Assembly: GCA_963732885.1 (NCBI GenBank)
Contig: CAVTBI010000014.1
Location: 130,558 to 194,557, forward strand
DNA: 64,000 nucleotides
Reading direction: 5' to 3'
DNA from: an uncultured Chitinophagaceae bacterium
GTDB lineage: Bacteria > Bacteroidota > Bacteroidia > Chitinophagales > Chitinophagaceae
Positions 19,037 to 31,011 of the stretch are shown here, one piece after another. How positions within the stretch are numbered: position 1 is the stretch's first letter; each line of letters opens with the position of its first letter. The translations under genes were made by a program, and so were the position numbers. Below the pieces are notes generated by a model that did no database searches, was not told the DNA's origin, and saw only the letters and a list, made by a program, of their open reading frames with translations.

Positions 19037-19499
19037 TTATCGGGAAGAAAGGTTTTAAAGGATGTGCAATAACTTATAAATCCAAAGCTCAAATATAATA
19101 ATTTAAGAAGTGGTTTGTAGCCGGAGTTACATCTATACGTTTCATTTGTCCCTCTTGTATTCTCACTTTCAGGGCACGGATGTTCGACAGAATACCAGCC
19201 ATGCCTCACGGTTTGCAAACCAAAAAGATGTTTGCCCGAATAGTAAAGTGTTAAAGCGTTTTTATAAAAGAGTAGAAAGAGATTGCGTGACTTTCTTATG
19301 AAACAAGAGAAGGAAAAACGAACTTAAAAGGAAATATGAAAGTGTCCGGAAAAAATAAAAGTGATTAAATAGCTGCATTGTTGGCAAAACAGTAAAGCAA
19401 GTGTCTGCAACAGTTCGTTTGCAATTGGCTTGATAGAAGCGGCTTGAACTTAGGGGAATTGAAGAAGCGATCTCCGTTTGATTTCCTTAATTTTGTTTT

Positions 19500-20378
19500 A
19501 TGAAAGACAAAAATGTGCGACAAGTTTCCAAGTTCAATAGTGAACTTAAGTTAAAAGGCTTCAATGTTTTTCAAATTGAAAGTGATGGAGCCGAGACACG
19601 AGTTTACAGTCGTAAAGATTTTTACAAAATCTGTCTTACTACCGGCAGGAGCCTGATACATTATGCGGATAAAAGTTTTGAACAGGAAGGAACTATATTG
19701 TTTTTTGGCAACCCCCATATTCCCTATTCATGGGAGACGATCTCATCAAAGTATGTCGGTTATACCTGCCTGTTTTCAGAAGAATTCTTAAAAGTATCTG
19801 AGCGTTCTGAAAGCCTGCAGCATTCACCCTTGTTTAAAATTGGAGGTACACCCGTTTTAAAAATAAGTGAGCAACAACGAAAGTTTCTGAACACTCTTTT
19901 TCAGAAAATGATTGATGAGCAAAAGACCGATTATACTTATAAAGATGAACTGATTCGCAATTATATCCATTTGATTATTCATGAAGCGATGAAATTGCAG
20001 CCTTCAGAAAATTTTGATGAACATAAAAATGCTGCTTCACGAATTACCAATGTATTTCTTGAATTATTGGAAAGACAGTTTCCAATCGAAAGCCCGGACC
20101 TTCCCCTGGAACTAAAAGCAGCACAGGATTACGCAAACCAGTTATCGGTTCATGTGAATCACCTGAACCGGTCTATAAAAGAAGTAACAGGCAAATCAAC
20201 TACTACCCATATCGCAGAAAGAATTGTCAGCGAAGCGAAAGCATTATTACAGCATACAGACTGGACAATTGCAGAAGTGGCTTATGCGCTTGGCTTTGAG
20301 TATCCTACTTACTTCAACAATTATTTCAAACGAATGACAGGCACCAATCCTACCTCTCTGAGATCTGTTGCTGTTTGA
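19500..20378 (+). CDS. AraC-family transcriptional regulator
   Basis: C-terminal double HTH: YANQLSVHVNHLNRSIK ... EVAYALGFEYPTYFNNYFK. Confidence 0.93.
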   Translation: MKDKNVRQVSKFNSELKLKGFNVFQIESDGAETRVYSRKDFYKICLTTGRSLIHYADKSFEQEGTILFFGNPHIPYSWETISSKYVGYTCLFSEEFLKVSERSESLQHSPLFKIGGTPVLKISEQQRKFLNTLFQKMIDEQKTDYTYKDELIRNYIHLIIHEAMKLQPSENFDEHKNAASRITNVFLELLERQFPIESPDLPLELKAAQDYANQLSVHVNHLNRSIKEVTGKSTTTHIAERIVSEAKALLQHTDWTIAEVAYALGFEYPTYFNNYFKRMTGTNPTSLRSVAV

Positions 20379-20441
20379 AATTCTTAATGATTGGTTTGAT
20401 AATCGTTACCGCAAAGCATGTTATTATGTGACCTTTGTGTT

Positions 20442-21023
20442 ATGAAATCAGGTCAGCATAACAAAGACATTTTTGAAAGGTTACGAAATGGAGAAACCAT
20501 TTCGGCAAACGATCCGGATGCCTGCAAAATGCGGGAGGCTTCTTTTGCTGCTAAGAAATTGTTGGTTCAGATGGACAACTCTTCTGACCCGGCAGAGATC
20601 AGGGATTTACTAAGCCAAATCACCGGTTCAGAAATTGACGAAAGCGTCGATGTCTTTACACCATTGTATATCAACTACGGAAAGCATACCAAAATCGGTA
20701 AAAATGTATTTATAAACTTTGATTGTGTTTTCCTGGATTTAGGAGGAATTACCATTGAAGACAATGTATTGATTGCTCCAAAAGTTAGCCTGTTATCCGA
20801 AGGACACCCGGTTTCGACGGAAAACCGGCATTCACTTGTCCCGCGGCATATTCACATCAGGAAAAATGCCTGGATTGGCGCAGGTGCAACAATACTGCCT
20901 GGTGTTACTGTTGGCGAAAATTCGATAGTTGCAGCCGGTGCAATAGTGTCTAAGGATGTGGCCAATAATACAATTGTTGGTGGCATTCCGGCTAAAATCA
21001 TCAAAACAATAAGTTCATTATAA
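20442..21023 (+). CDS. Sugar O-acetyltransferase (maltose acetyltransferase-like hexapeptide repeat)
   Basis: NYGKHTKIGKNVFIN, IGAGATILPGVTVGENSIVAAGAIV, GGIPAKIIK. Confidence 0.9.
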   Translation: MKSGQHNKDIFERLRNGETISANDPDACKMREASFAAKKLLVQMDNSSDPAEIRDLLSQITGSEIDESVDVFTPLYINYGKHTKIGKNVFINFDCVFLDLGGITIEDNVLIAPKVSLLSEGHPVSTENRHSLVPRHIHIRKNAWIGAGATILPGVTVGENSIVAAGAIVSKDVANNTIVGGIPAKIIKTISSL

Positions 21024-21057
21024 ACAGTGCGTAGAAGCAATTAAGTAACACGTAAAA

Positions 21058-21570
21058 ATGATAAACATGAAACGATTATTGATGGCAGGCTTCCTTTTTT
21101 CAGCACTGTTTACAATGGGTTGTAAAGACCCAACATCAAAGAAAGCAAGTAACGTTGAAACCCACTCCATTTTCCCGAAAGGGGAATTAGGAGCTGCGGA
21201 AAACTTTACAGGAAAAGCATGGCATACCGAACTGGTGGCGAATGATAGCATGTATAACACACTTGTGGGTAACGTGTATTTTGAACCAGGTGCAAGAAGC
21301 AATTGGCACACGCATCCCGCAGGTCAAATCCTTGTTATAACAAGTGGGGTAGGTTATTACCAGGAAAAAGGGCGACCGCCACAAATATTAAGAAAAGGAG
21401 ATGTGATAAAGTGCCCGCCGAATGTAATGCATTGGCATGGTGCAAGTGTTGACACGGGTTTACAACAGATGTACATTATTCCCAATACCCAAAAAGGCAT
21501 TGTTCAATGGATGCAGCCTGTTACCGATTCGGAATATAATAAAGTAGTAAAACAATTATCAAAAAAATAA
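21058..21570 (+). CDS. Cupin-domain lipoprotein
   Basis: Lipobox-like FTMGC; [16 protein letters not shown] ... HWHGA. Confidence 0.88.
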   Translation: MINMKRLLMAGFLFSALFTMGCKDPTSKKASNVETHSIFPKGELGAAENFTGKAWHTELVANDSMYNTLVGNVYFEPGARSNWHTHPAGQILVITSGVGYYQEKGRPPQILRKGDVIKCPPNVMHWHGASVDTGLQQMYIIPNTQKGIVQWMQPVTDSEYNKVVKQLSKK

Positions 21571-21574
21571 AATC

Positions 21575-22321
21575 ATGAACAATAACGTAGAAGGAAAAGT
21601 AGTAGTCATCACCGGAGCAAGCAGCGGCATGGGCGAAGCTGCAGCAAAGCATTTGTCAGAACTTGGCGCAACAGTTGTACTTGGCGCAAGAAGAGCCGAC
21701 AGAATTGAAAAGTTGGCAAAGGAGATAGTTGAGAAAGGTGGAAAAGCGTTGTCCATCGCTGTTGATGTAACACAGCGGGAACAAGTGAAGAAACTGGTCG
21801 ATAAAGCTGTTGAACAATTTGGGCGTATAGACGTCATACTTAACAATGCAGGTGTGATGCCCTTATCGCCGGTGGACCGCCTGAATTTTGATGAGTGGGA
21901 CACGATGATAGATGTGAACATCAGGGGAGTGCTCAATGGTATTGCTGCGGTTATTCCTTACATGAAAGAGCAGAAGTCAGGCCAGATTATCAATACTTCT
22001 TCTGTAGCAGGTCATAAGATATTTAGCGGCTCTGCAGTATATTCTGCCACCAAATTTGCGGTACGTGCATTGACAGAAGGCTTACGAATGGAAGTAAAGC
22101 CTTATAATATTCGTACAACAATCGTTTGTCCCGGTGCTGTAAAAACAGAGTTGCTGGAGCATATTTCTGAAGCCGATGTGCGGGAGGCGAATGAAGATTA
22201 TGTGGGCGGGGTAGGAATTAGTCCGGACAGTTTTGCACGGGTGGTGGCTTTTGCAATCAGCCAGCCTGAAGATGTAGACATCAACGAAGTTATCTTCCGT
22301 CCTACATCACAGGAAATGTAG
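21575..22321 (+). CDS. SDR family oxidoreductase (YdfG-like)
   Basis: [17 protein letters not shown]. Confidence 0.93.
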   Translation: MNNNVEGKVVVITGASSGMGEAAAKHLSELGATVVLGARRADRIEKLAKEIVEKGGKALSIAVDVTQREQVKKLVDKAVEQFGRIDVILNNAGVMPLSPVDRLNFDEWDTMIDVNIRGVLNGIAAVIPYMKEQKSGQIINTSSVAGHKIFSGSAVYSATKFAVRALTEGLRMEVKPYNIRTTIVCPGAVKTELLEHISEADVREANEDYVGGVGISPDSFARVVAFAISQPEDVDINEVIFRPTSQEM

Positions 22322-22363
22322 AATAAACCGTGCTGGCAGCGGTAATATTTATAAAACAAAAAA

Positions 22364-23233
22364 TTGAAAACAATGATTTTAGAAGAAACCTACACGCTTT
22401 CTAATGGCGTTGAAATTCCAAAGCTGGGGCTCGGAACCTGGTTTATAAAAAACCAGGATGCCGCAGAGGCAGTGAAAGATGCCGTAAATATTGGTTACCG
22501 GCATATTGATACAGCTCAAGCTTATGGCAATGAAAACGGCGTCGGTCAAGGCATCAGGAAATGCGGTGTGAAAAGAGAAAATATGTTTGTAACCACCAAG
22601 CTTGCAGCAGAAATAAAATCTTATAAAGAAGCAGTTGCATCAATTGACAAATCTTTGCAAACATTAGGACTGGATTACATCGACCTGATGATTATTCATA
22701 GCCCGAAACCGTGGGCAAAGTTTAACGGGCAGGATGCATTCTTTGAAGGAAACCGCGAAGCATGGAAAGCGCTGGAAGAAGCTTACAATGCCGGCAAACT
22801 CAAATCAATCGGCTTATCCAATTTTGAAAAAGAAGATGTTGATAACATCCTTGACGCTTGCACTGTAAAACCAATGGTGAACCAGATTTTGGCGCATATC
22901 ACCAACACACCCCAGGAGTTGATAAGCTATTGCCAGGATGAAGAAATTCTGGTGGAGGCTTATTCCCCGTTTGGGCATGGAGAATTATTTAAGAACGAGG
23001 ATGTAAAAGAGATGGCAGAGAAATATAAGGTGTCTTTAGCGCAACTGGCTATTCGTTATTGCCTGCAGCTTGATATGCTACCTTTGCCAAAAACTTCCAA
23101 TTCGCAGCACATGAAAACGAATGCAGAAGTGGATTTTGTTATCTCTGATGAAGACATGACGATTTTAAAAAACATGCAGCCAATTGAGGATTATGGAGAG
23201 AACAGCAAATTTCCGGTGTATCAAAAGAAATAA
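22364..23233 (+). CDS. Aldo/keto reductase (2,5-DKG reductase-like)
   Basis: [37 protein letters not shown]. Confidence 0.92.
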   Translation: MKTMILEETYTLSNGVEIPKLGLGTWFIKNQDAAEAVKDAVNIGYRHIDTAQAYGNENGVGQGIRKCGVKRENMFVTTKLAAEIKSYKEAVASIDKSLQTLGLDYIDLMIIHSPKPWAKFNGQDAFFEGNREAWKALEEAYNAGKLKSIGLSNFEKEDVDNILDACTVKPMVNQILAHITNTPQELISYCQDEEILVEAYSPFGHGELFKNEDVKEMAEKYKVSLAQLAIRYCLQLDMLPLPKTSNSQHMKTNAEVDFVISDEDMTILKNMQPIEDYGENSKFPVYQKK

Positions 23234-23265
23234 ATATAAATTCAATAACGATTAATTTAAACAAG

Positions 23266-23667
23266 ATGAACATTACAAGAATAGGTTCCAAACCTTCAAT
23301 GAAAGGACCGGAAGATTGGTTTACAGGATCAGTGAGGATAGATCCGTTATTTGATGCCAACGATGCAAGACGCGGGGCCGCAGCTACAGTCACTTTTGAA
23401 CCCGGTGCAAGAACGGCCTGGCACACGCATCCTTTGGGACAAACGTTGATTATTACATCAGGTTCCGGCTGGGTACAACGTGAAGGTGGTTCAGTTGAGG
23501 AAGTCCATCCCGGTGATATAGTTTGGTTTGAGCCCAATGAAAAGCACTGGCACGGCGCTACTTCCACCACAGGAATGACGCATATTGCCACGCACGAATA
23601 TCTGAACGGCAAAGTGGTAGAATGGATGGAAAAAGTTTCAGATGAACAATATAACAGCTCTAAATAA
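23266..23667 (+). CDS. Cupin-domain protein
   Basis: [33 protein letters not shown]. Confidence 0.9.
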   Translation: MNITRIGSKPSMKGPEDWFTGSVRIDPLFDANDARRGAAATVTFEPGARTAWHTHPLGQTLIITSGSGWVQREGGSVEEVHPGDIVWFEPNEKHWHGATSTTGMTHIATHEYLNGKVVEWMEKVSDEQYNSSK

Positions 23668-23694
23668 CACTTACTTTATTTACGGTAAAAATAA

Positions 23695-24687
<993 letters not shown>

Positions 24688-24719
24688 TGACAAATTTGAG
24701 ATTGCATTGTGGCGCAATA

Positions 24720-24755
24720 CAGTAAAGCAACTTTTATTGAAGATTTTTATTTTAA
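24720..24755 (+). repeat. Copy of 36-bp motif
   Basis: CAGTAAAGCAACTTTTATTGAAGATTTTTATTTTAA. Confidence 0.8.
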
Positions 24756-24882
24756 ATAAATCCGGGATCATGGAAAAGCAAACCAACTTTTATCGCATTA
24801 ATCATTTATTAATCGTTGTGCGTTTAGCCTTACTTTTTTTTAGTTCCATAAATAGGATTAAGCTTTCAAAAAGCCACGCGAA

Positions 24883-26106
24883 TTACGAAACCGTGTTTAC
24901 CTTAAGTGCGGCATCCGTCTGCAATTTTCTATAAAAAAAAGCCAGCATAACGCAAATACAACTGATGGCCCACCAAAGCGTTTTATAGCCAAGGTGGCCC
25001 GCTACCAAAGAGCCGGCATAGGGGCCTATTGTTTGCGCACTTGCCCATGCTACGCTATAAAGACCGGCATATTGGCCACGGTTGTTTTGCAATGTTCGCT
25101 CAATCCAATACGCATTCATAAACGGCATTGTCATAATTTCACCGAGCGTGAGAAAGAGCATTGACAAGAGCGCAAGAAGTTGATAATTGCCGTGTACATT
25201 CAATATTAAAAATGCAGTTGCCACGAGGATAACACCGCCCGAAATATAATGTAATGCCGGGCGCCTGCCTTCAAGAGAAAATATGAGGATCATTTCGAAG
25301 AATGCGATAACAAGGCCATTGAGTGCCATCACCATTCCGATAAAAAACACGTTCAGGTGAAAACGTGTTTTAAAGAATACCGGAATGGTAGTGAAAAGCT
25401 GGAAAAAACACAACGCGAAAAAAAATACAAGCAAAACAAAATACAGGTAGGTTTTATCGGAGTAAACGGAATTTTTAAGGAGGCTGTTTAGTTTCGTTTT
25501 TCTTTCTGTTTCTGAATTGCGTTTAGGCGACAACGTTATATATAGTAAACATGCTGCGGACAGGTTGGTCAGCCCGTCAACCCAAAATAAAAGGTGATAA
25601 TTGAAACTGGCCAGAAATCCGCCCAGGGCACCGCCCAGCGCCCAGCCAAGATTGATGGCCAGCCGGTTGAGCGAATAGGAGCGGGTGCGGTTTTTTTCTT
25701 TACTGTAGTGGGCGATAGCGACGGTATTTGCCAGCCGGAACGACTCATTTAAAATCGCCAGGATAAACGTTCCGACACAAATGGCGCCGTAAGAACGAAG
25801 TTGCCCAAGAATAATGAACATGCTGCCTCCCAGAATCAGTGCACAAAGCTGGACATAGTAATAACCTACGGTATCAACAAGCTTGCCGCCCGCAACCGAA
25901 CCCACCACAGCACCAAGGCCGAAAAGGCTCATCACCAAACCTGCTTTTTCGATGGAAACCCCATAACGTTGTGTGAGGTACATCGTCATGAACGGAACAA
26001 CCATCGTCCCGCTCCTGTTTACAAGCATCACAAGCGACAGCCACCAGGTACCTTTGGAAAGGCCGCCGTATGCTTTTTTGTATAGGGAAACTGCTGTGAA
26101 TACCAT
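24883..26106 (-). CDS. MFS transporter
   Basis: About 12 TM segments; LVNRSGTMVVPF, RSYSLNRLAINLGWALG, RGQYAGLY. Confidence 0.9.
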   Translation of the reverse strand: MVFTAVSLYKKAYGGLSKGTWWLSLVMLVNRSGTMVVPFMTMYLTQRYGVSIEKAGLVMSLFGLGAVVGSVAGGKLVDTVGYYYVQLCALILGGSMFIILGQLRSYGAICVGTFILAILNESFRLANTVAIAHYSKEKNRTRSYSLNRLAINLGWALGGALGGFLASFNYHLLFWVDGLTNLSAACLLYITLSPKRNSETERKTKLNSLLKNSVYSDKTYLYFVLLVFFFALCFFQLFTTIPVFFKTRFHLNVFFIGMVMALNGLVIAFFEMILIFSLEGRRPALHYISGGVILVATAFLILNVHGNYQLLALLSMLFLTLGEIMTMPFMNAYWIERTLQNNRGQYAGLYSVAWASAQTIGPYAGSLVAGHLGYKTLWWAISCICVMLAFFYRKLQTDAALKVNTVS

Positions 26107-26297
26107 AGTGCTCACAAATATATCACAGTATGCGCTCCCGCCGATGTTGTTGATTATTACTTCGCTGAAAATTAGGGGTGTATCTTCCCGTGTTAATCTA
26201 CGTATCCCGCGCTTTCTAAGCTATAGTCACTGAAACCGGATTGACAGGGCTATTAATCCAGGAATGGCATGCGGTTTATCTCAACCCTTCCAACTCC

Positions 26298-27425
26298 TCA
26301 AACAATCTCTTGCAATTTCTCCACCACCACATCTACTTCTTCTTTTGTATTGTATTTGCTGAAAGAAAAACGAACGGTTGCCTGATCCTGATTTTGAGAG
26401 ATCGTACTTATCACGTGGCTTGCGGCTTCGGCTCCTGAAGTGCAGGCGCTTCCGCCGCTGGCGCAGATATTATTGATATCGAGATTAAAAAGCAGCATAT
26501 CCGATTTTTCCGTTTTGGGAAAGGCAACACTTAAAACGGTGTAAAGGCATTTTCCTTCGGGATCACCATTGAAATGAACGCCGGGAATATTTTTTTCCAG
26601 GCTGTCTTTCATGTAGTTTTTTATTTCTTTTATATGGCGGCTTTCTTCTTCCATATTTTCTACAGCAATTTCTAAAGCTTTGGCAAAGCCAACAATGCCG
26701 TAAATATTTTCTGTGCCCGCGCGCATATTCCTTTCCTGGCTGCCGCCATTGATCAAGGGATGAATCTTTATATTTTTATTGATATAAAGCATTCCAACGC
26801 CTTTAGGGCCATGAAATTTATGCGCTGCTGCATTTATAAAATGAACGGGCAATTTTTGGAGGTCAATCGGGAAATGCCCAACCGTCTGCACGGTGTCCAC
26901 ATTCAGTACCGCATCATATTTTTCACACAAATCAGCAACTCTTTCAATATCGGTAATATTACCAATCTCATTGTTGGCATGCATTAAAGTAACCAGGCAT
27001 TTTTCCTCACTTTCTTTCAACAATTTTTCAAGATCTTCATAATCGATCACACCATTTGGTAAAATGTTTACATAAGACAATTTTACCTTTCCTGATTTTA
27101 CCAAATATTCAATGGAATGCAATGTGGCGTGATGTTCCAGCGGAGAACTGATGATGTGTTTACATCCTAAATCATTCACTGCGGCATTAATTGCCGTGTT
27201 CGTACTTTCTGTGCCGCCGCTGGTAAAAAATATTTCTGAAGGATGCGCATTTAAAATTTTAGCAACGGTTTTCCTGGCATTTTCAATCGCCATTCTTGTT
27301 TCACGCCCATAAGAATAAATAGAAGAAGGGTTACCAAACTTTTCAGTAAAAAAAGGCATCATCGCTTTAAAAACCTCAGGGGCCAAAGGGGTTGTAGCTG
27401 CATTGTCAAAATAAATTCTTTCCAT
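26298..27425 (-). CDS. iscS: Cysteine desulfurase (IscS/NifS family)
   Basis: IYFDNAATT, FTSGGTE, AAHKFHGPKG, SGGSACTSG. Confidence 0.88.
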   Translation of the reverse strand: MERIYFDNAATTPLAPEVFKAMMPFFTEKFGNPSSIYSYGRETRMAIENARKTVAKILNAHPSEIFFTSGGTESTNTAINAAVNDLGCKHIISSPLEHHATLHSIEYLVKSGKVKLSYVNILPNGVIDYEDLEKLLKESEEKCLVTLMHANNEIGNITDIERVADLCEKYDAVLNVDTVQTVGHFPIDLQKLPVHFINAAAHKFHGPKGVGMLYINKNIKIHPLINGGSQERNMRAGTENIYGIVGFAKALEIAVENMEEESRHIKEIKNYMKDSLEKNIPGVHFNGDPEGKCLYTVLSVAFPKTEKSDMLLFNLDINNICASGGSACTSGAEAASHVISTISQNQDQATVRFSFSKYNTKEEVDVVVEKLQEIV

Positions 27426-27430
27426 TTTAA

Positions 27431-28813
27431 TTAACTCATTACTTCGTGAATATCTTTCATAATTTTTTTGGCGATATTTTCAGCAGTTGTTTCAAAATTA
27501 CTTTCAGAATAAATTCGCAATATCGGCTCAGTATTGCTGGTTCTTAAATGAACCCAATCATTGCCAAATTCTATTTTCAATCCATCTTCGGTATTGATTG
27601 GGTTATTTTTGTACTTGTCTTTTATCTTTTGAAAAATATCTTTTACGTTCACATTATTTTCAAGGGTTATTTTATTTTTTGAAATAAAATAATCAGGAAA
27701 CATTCCTCTGAATTGCTTAATACTTTTGTTAGAATGAGCCAGGTGTGAGAGAAACAAACCGATACCAATCAACGCGTCGCGGCCATAATGAAAATCAGGA
27801 ACTATAATTCCACCATTGCCTTCGCCACCAATTACCGCATTTACTTCTTTCATTTTATTCACCACATTCACTTCACCTACAGGTGAAGGAAAATATTCTC
27901 CGCCATGCCTATGCGTAATTTCTTTAAGTGATTTGGTAGAAGACATATTGCTTACAGTATTTCCTTTTCTGTTGCTGAGGATATAATCAGCAACGGCTAC
28001 CAAAGTATATTCTTCGCCAAACATACTTCCATCTTCACAAACAAAGCAAAGCCTGTCCACATCGGGGTCTACGGCTATTCCTAAAGAAGCGTTCTGCTTA
28101 ATAACTTCGTTGCTTAGGCCGGTAAGATTTTTGGGAAGTGGCTCCGGATTGTGTTCAAATTTTCCATTTACTTTTTCATTGATCACTACAATATCTTTCA
28201 CGCCAAGCGCCTTTAACAAAGCCGGGATATAAATAGCTCCCGAACTATTTATGGGGTCAAGTACAATTTTAAATTTTGCTTTTTTGATGGCTTCTACATC
28301 TACCAGCTCATAATTTAAAACTGCGTCAATATGTTTTTGCAGATAAGAATTGTCAGGCTTATACGCTCCGAGTTTATTTACAGGAACAAAATGAAATTTT
28401 TCGCTTTCTGCTATTGACAATACTTTTTCTCCTGCTTCCGCATCCAAAAATTCACCTTCGCTGTTGAGCAATTTTAAAGCATTCCATTCCTGGGGATTAT
28501 GGCTTGCCGTTAAAATAATTCCACCGGCAGCGCCTTCTTCTTTCACAGCGATTTCTACCGTAGGTGTTGTGGTAAGGCCGAGGTCAATTACGTCAAAGCC
28601 GCAAGCCATCAGCGTATTAGCGCATAGGTCGCTAACCATACTTCCGCTTATGCGCCCATCGCGGCCAATAATAATTTTTTTATTATTTGAATTTTCATTG
28701 AGTGAGGCTGCAAAGGCTGCAGTAAATTTTACAATATCCAGGGGAGTAAGGTTTTCGCCGGTTTTTCCTCCAATGGTTCCTCTAATTCCGGAAATGCTTT
28801 TTATCAGTGCCAC
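27431..28813 (-). CDS. glmM: Phosphoglucosamine mutase
   Basis: TASHNP, DPDVDR, GGEGNGG, RTSNTEP. Confidence 0.88.
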   Translation of the reverse strand: MALIKSISGIRGTIGGKTGENLTPLDIVKFTAAFAASLNENSNNKKIIIGRDGRISGSMVSDLCANTLMACGFDVIDLGLTTTPTVEIAVKEEGAAGGIILTASHNPQEWNALKLLNSEGEFLDAEAGEKVLSIAESEKFHFVPVNKLGAYKPDNSYLQKHIDAVLNYELVDVEAIKKAKFKIVLDPINSSGAIYIPALLKALGVKDIVVINEKVNGKFEHNPEPLPKNLTGLSNEVIKQNASLGIAVDPDVDRLCFVCEDGSMFGEEYTLVAVADYILSNRKGNTVSNMSSTKSLKEITHRHGGEYFPSPVGEVNVVNKMKEVNAVIGGEGNGGIIVPDFHYGRDALIGIGLFLSHLAHSNKSIKQFRGMFPDYFISKNKITLENNVNVKDIFQKIKDKYKNNPINTEDGLKIEFGNDWVHLRTSNTEPILRIYSESNFETTAENIAKKIMKDIHEVMS

Positions 28814-28831
28814 ATAATTATTTTAAAGATG

Positions 28832-28922
28832 CAAATTTACTTTTTTTTATTGTTTGAATTTTTCTACAAATTAACTCATAAAATGTTAAGGGGTTACCCA
28901 CAAAAAATTACTTTTAAATTTG
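28832..28922. promoter_or_regulatory. Divergent -7 promoter boxes (glmM on minus at 28832-28839; methyltransferase on plus at 28915-28922)
   Basis: TAAATTTG on each strand. Confidence 0.6.
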
Positions 28923-28939
28923 CAAAAAGATTGATGTAA

Positions 28940-29710
28940 ATGACAAAAGAGAAAGCATGGTTTGAAAAATGGTTTGATTCTCCTTACTATTATCAATTAT
29001 ACTTTAAAAGAAATAAGGCTGAAGCGGTTGAATTTATTGATAAATTAATTGAGTATTTAAAGCCGGAACCAGGTTCGCTCATGCTTGATGTTGGTTGTGG
29101 AAAAGGCCGCCATTCCGTGCAACTGGCTTCCAAAGGTTTTGATGTAACAGGTATTGACCTTTCAGAGCACAGCATAAAAAAAGCTGAAAAAAAAGAAAAT
29201 GCCCACCTGCATTTTTATCAGCATGATATGAGGTTGCCTTTCCGGATTAATTATTTTGACTACGCGTTTAATTTTTTTACAAGTTTCGGATATTTTAATA
29301 CCCGCAGGGAAAATCATAATGCGATCAGGACAATTTCCCAATCTTTGCGCCCCGGAGGGATTTTTGTAATTGATTACCTGAATGTACATTATGAAGAAAA
29401 CCATTTGGTTCATCAATCACAAATTAAAATCAAGGATGTGAAATACATTATTACCAAGTGGTTAGATGAAACTCATTTTTATAAAAAAATAGTTGTAACC
29501 CGAAAAAATTTAAAAGAGCCTTTAACTTTCATAGAAAAAGTTGCCAAATTTTCCCTGGGCGATTTTATAGAAATGCTTTCTTATCAGGAAATGCAGGTGA
29601 ATGAGGTATTTGGCGATTATAATTTTAATAAGTATGATATAAAAAATTCACCGCGATTGATTATTTTGGCCAATAAGATGATTCGCAAAGCAGAAGTGGG
29701 CGGTAAGTGA
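28940..29710 (+). CDS. Class I SAM-dependent methyltransferase
   Basis: LDVGCGKGRH, DMRLPF, NFFTSFGYF. Confidence 0.92.
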   Translation: MTKEKAWFEKWFDSPYYYQLYFKRNKAEAVEFIDKLIEYLKPEPGSLMLDVGCGKGRHSVQLASKGFDVTGIDLSEHSIKKAEKKENAHLHFYQHDMRLPFRINYFDYAFNFFTSFGYFNTRRENHNAIRTISQSLRPGGIFVIDYLNVHYEENHLVHQSQIKIKDVKYIITKWLDETHFYKKIVVTRKNLKEPLTFIEKVAKFSLGDFIEMLSYQEMQVNEVFGDYNFNKYDIKNSPRLIILANKMIRKAEVGGK

Positions 29711-29718
29711 AAAGTAAC

Positions 29719-29754
29719 CAGTAAACAAACAAATAATGCCCATTTTTATTTTGC
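29719..29754 (+). repeat. Copy of 36-bp motif
   Basis: CAGTAAACAAACAAATAATGCCCATTTTTATTTTGC; right arm contains the stop codon of the convergent gene. Confidence 0.8.
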
Positions 29755-30897
29755 AGAAGTAAAAATAACGCTTCCGCTTTTTTCTGTATCAGATTCCATT
29801 CTTACTTCATATCTTTTACCACCGTCTGTAACCACCATCAATGCAGTATTCGGTGGAATGGTTCCCAGGTTATCGGCATACATGGTCACAATATTTTGCG
29901 GTACGTTTTTATCAAGAGCAAGAGTAAGCGAAATGGGTTTATCAGATAATCTTTGGTGCGATAAAACGATTTTGCCATTGTAGAAAACAGTTATTGAATC
30001 ACCATCAATCTCGCCATTATCATAAAAATCCAGTTTAAAAGTAGGTTGGCTGATAGCAATTGATTTTACAATATCTTTTCTACGGATTTCAAAACCTTTT
30101 ACGGCCGGCGAAATGGTGGGAGGCTTTTCAATATTTTGATTTGATAAACCGTTTCCTGGGACCAGGCTTTCAACATTATCCGGTTTTTGAAGCTGAAGTT
30201 TTTTTGCAGGTGCTTTTCTTACCGTGGGCTTTGTTTTTTTATGAGCGATAGCCACCTCGCTTTTATGTACTGGTTTTTTTGCAGGCGTTTTCGCTTTGGC
30301 AACCGGTTTGGTTTTATGTGGCATATAACCAATGGGCAGGGGGTCTACCACTCTTCTTGAAAGTACGGTAGTGCCACTATCAGTGCACGCTTGCTGTGGG
30401 GCAGGAATCCAGGTACCGCGCAAAACTTCTGTATTTCCTGTATCTTTTTCGTAGTGCAATTTGTGAATTTGAAAACAGTTTGAGATACCAGGAGGCGTAT
30501 TCGATTTTATCCTTTCAATTTCGGTTACTGTCAAGTCATTGGTTTTGCGGTCGAGAGTGCCTGTTACCCGGCAAATGGTATAATATTTTTTGATTCCTTC
30601 CTGGTAATAAGTGTAAGAATATCCGGTAATTTGTGGCCCTTTGGTGGTTAATTCTAAAACATATTCATTGGTATTACCTCCAATGCTATAAAATCCGGGA
30701 GGTACAATTACATCGAAACTTCCTTTCCATTGCCCATCAAAATTGATATCCTTTTTTATAGGCGGCCTGTAATGAGATGATTTTTTTTGCGAAGTAAAGT
30801 TTTGCGCATAGGAGCGTTGCGCAAATATTCCAAAGTTCACGAACAGTAAAATTATCAGGGTAAAATATCTTTTCATCAATGCCTGGTTATTGTTCAA
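29746..30897 (-). CDS. Secreted hypothetical protein, two domains joined by a Lys/Pro-rich linker
   Basis: Signal peptide; C-terminal FYDNGEIDGDSI...ADNLGTIPPNTA; PVAKAKTPAKK linker. Confidence 0.75.
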   Translation of the reverse strand: MNNNQALMKRYFTLIILLFVNFGIFAQRSYAQNFTSQKKSSHYRPPIKKDINFDGQWKGSFDVIVPPGFYSIGGNTNEYVLELTTKGPQITGYSYTYYQEGIKKYYTICRVTGTLDRKTNDLTVTEIERIKSNTPPGISNCFQIHKLHYEKDTGNTEVLRGTWIPAPQQACTDSGTTVLSRRVVDPLPIGYMPHKTKPVAKAKTPAKKPVHKSEVAIAHKKTKPTVRKAPAKKLQLQKPDNVESLVPGNGLSNQNIEKPPTISPAVKGFEIRRKDIVKSIAISQPTFKLDFYDNGEIDGDSITVFYNGKIVLSHQRLSDKPISLTLALDKNVPQNIVTMYADNLGTIPPNTALMVVTDGGKRYEVRMESDTEKSGSVIFTSAK

Positions 30898-30962
30898 TCA
30901 AAATTAATTGTTATTAAAAACTTATCCCTTCAAAGGAATAGCATCTTTGTCTAATACTTCGT

Positions 30963-30970
30963 TAAATTTG
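30963..30970 (+). promoter_or_regulatory. -7 promoter box for thrS-infC
   Basis: TAAATTTG 41 nt before the thrS ATG. Confidence 0.6.
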
Positions 30971-31011
30971 CGGTTCAAAATTTAAATAAAAACAAAAATT
31001 TAAAACAGAGG

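Noticed and set aside
26190-26230. SAM-II riboswitch-like stretch AAGCGCGGGATACGTAGATTAACACGGG (minus)
   Set aside because: The upstream CGCGCT strand needed for P1 is absent; resemblance is only partial.
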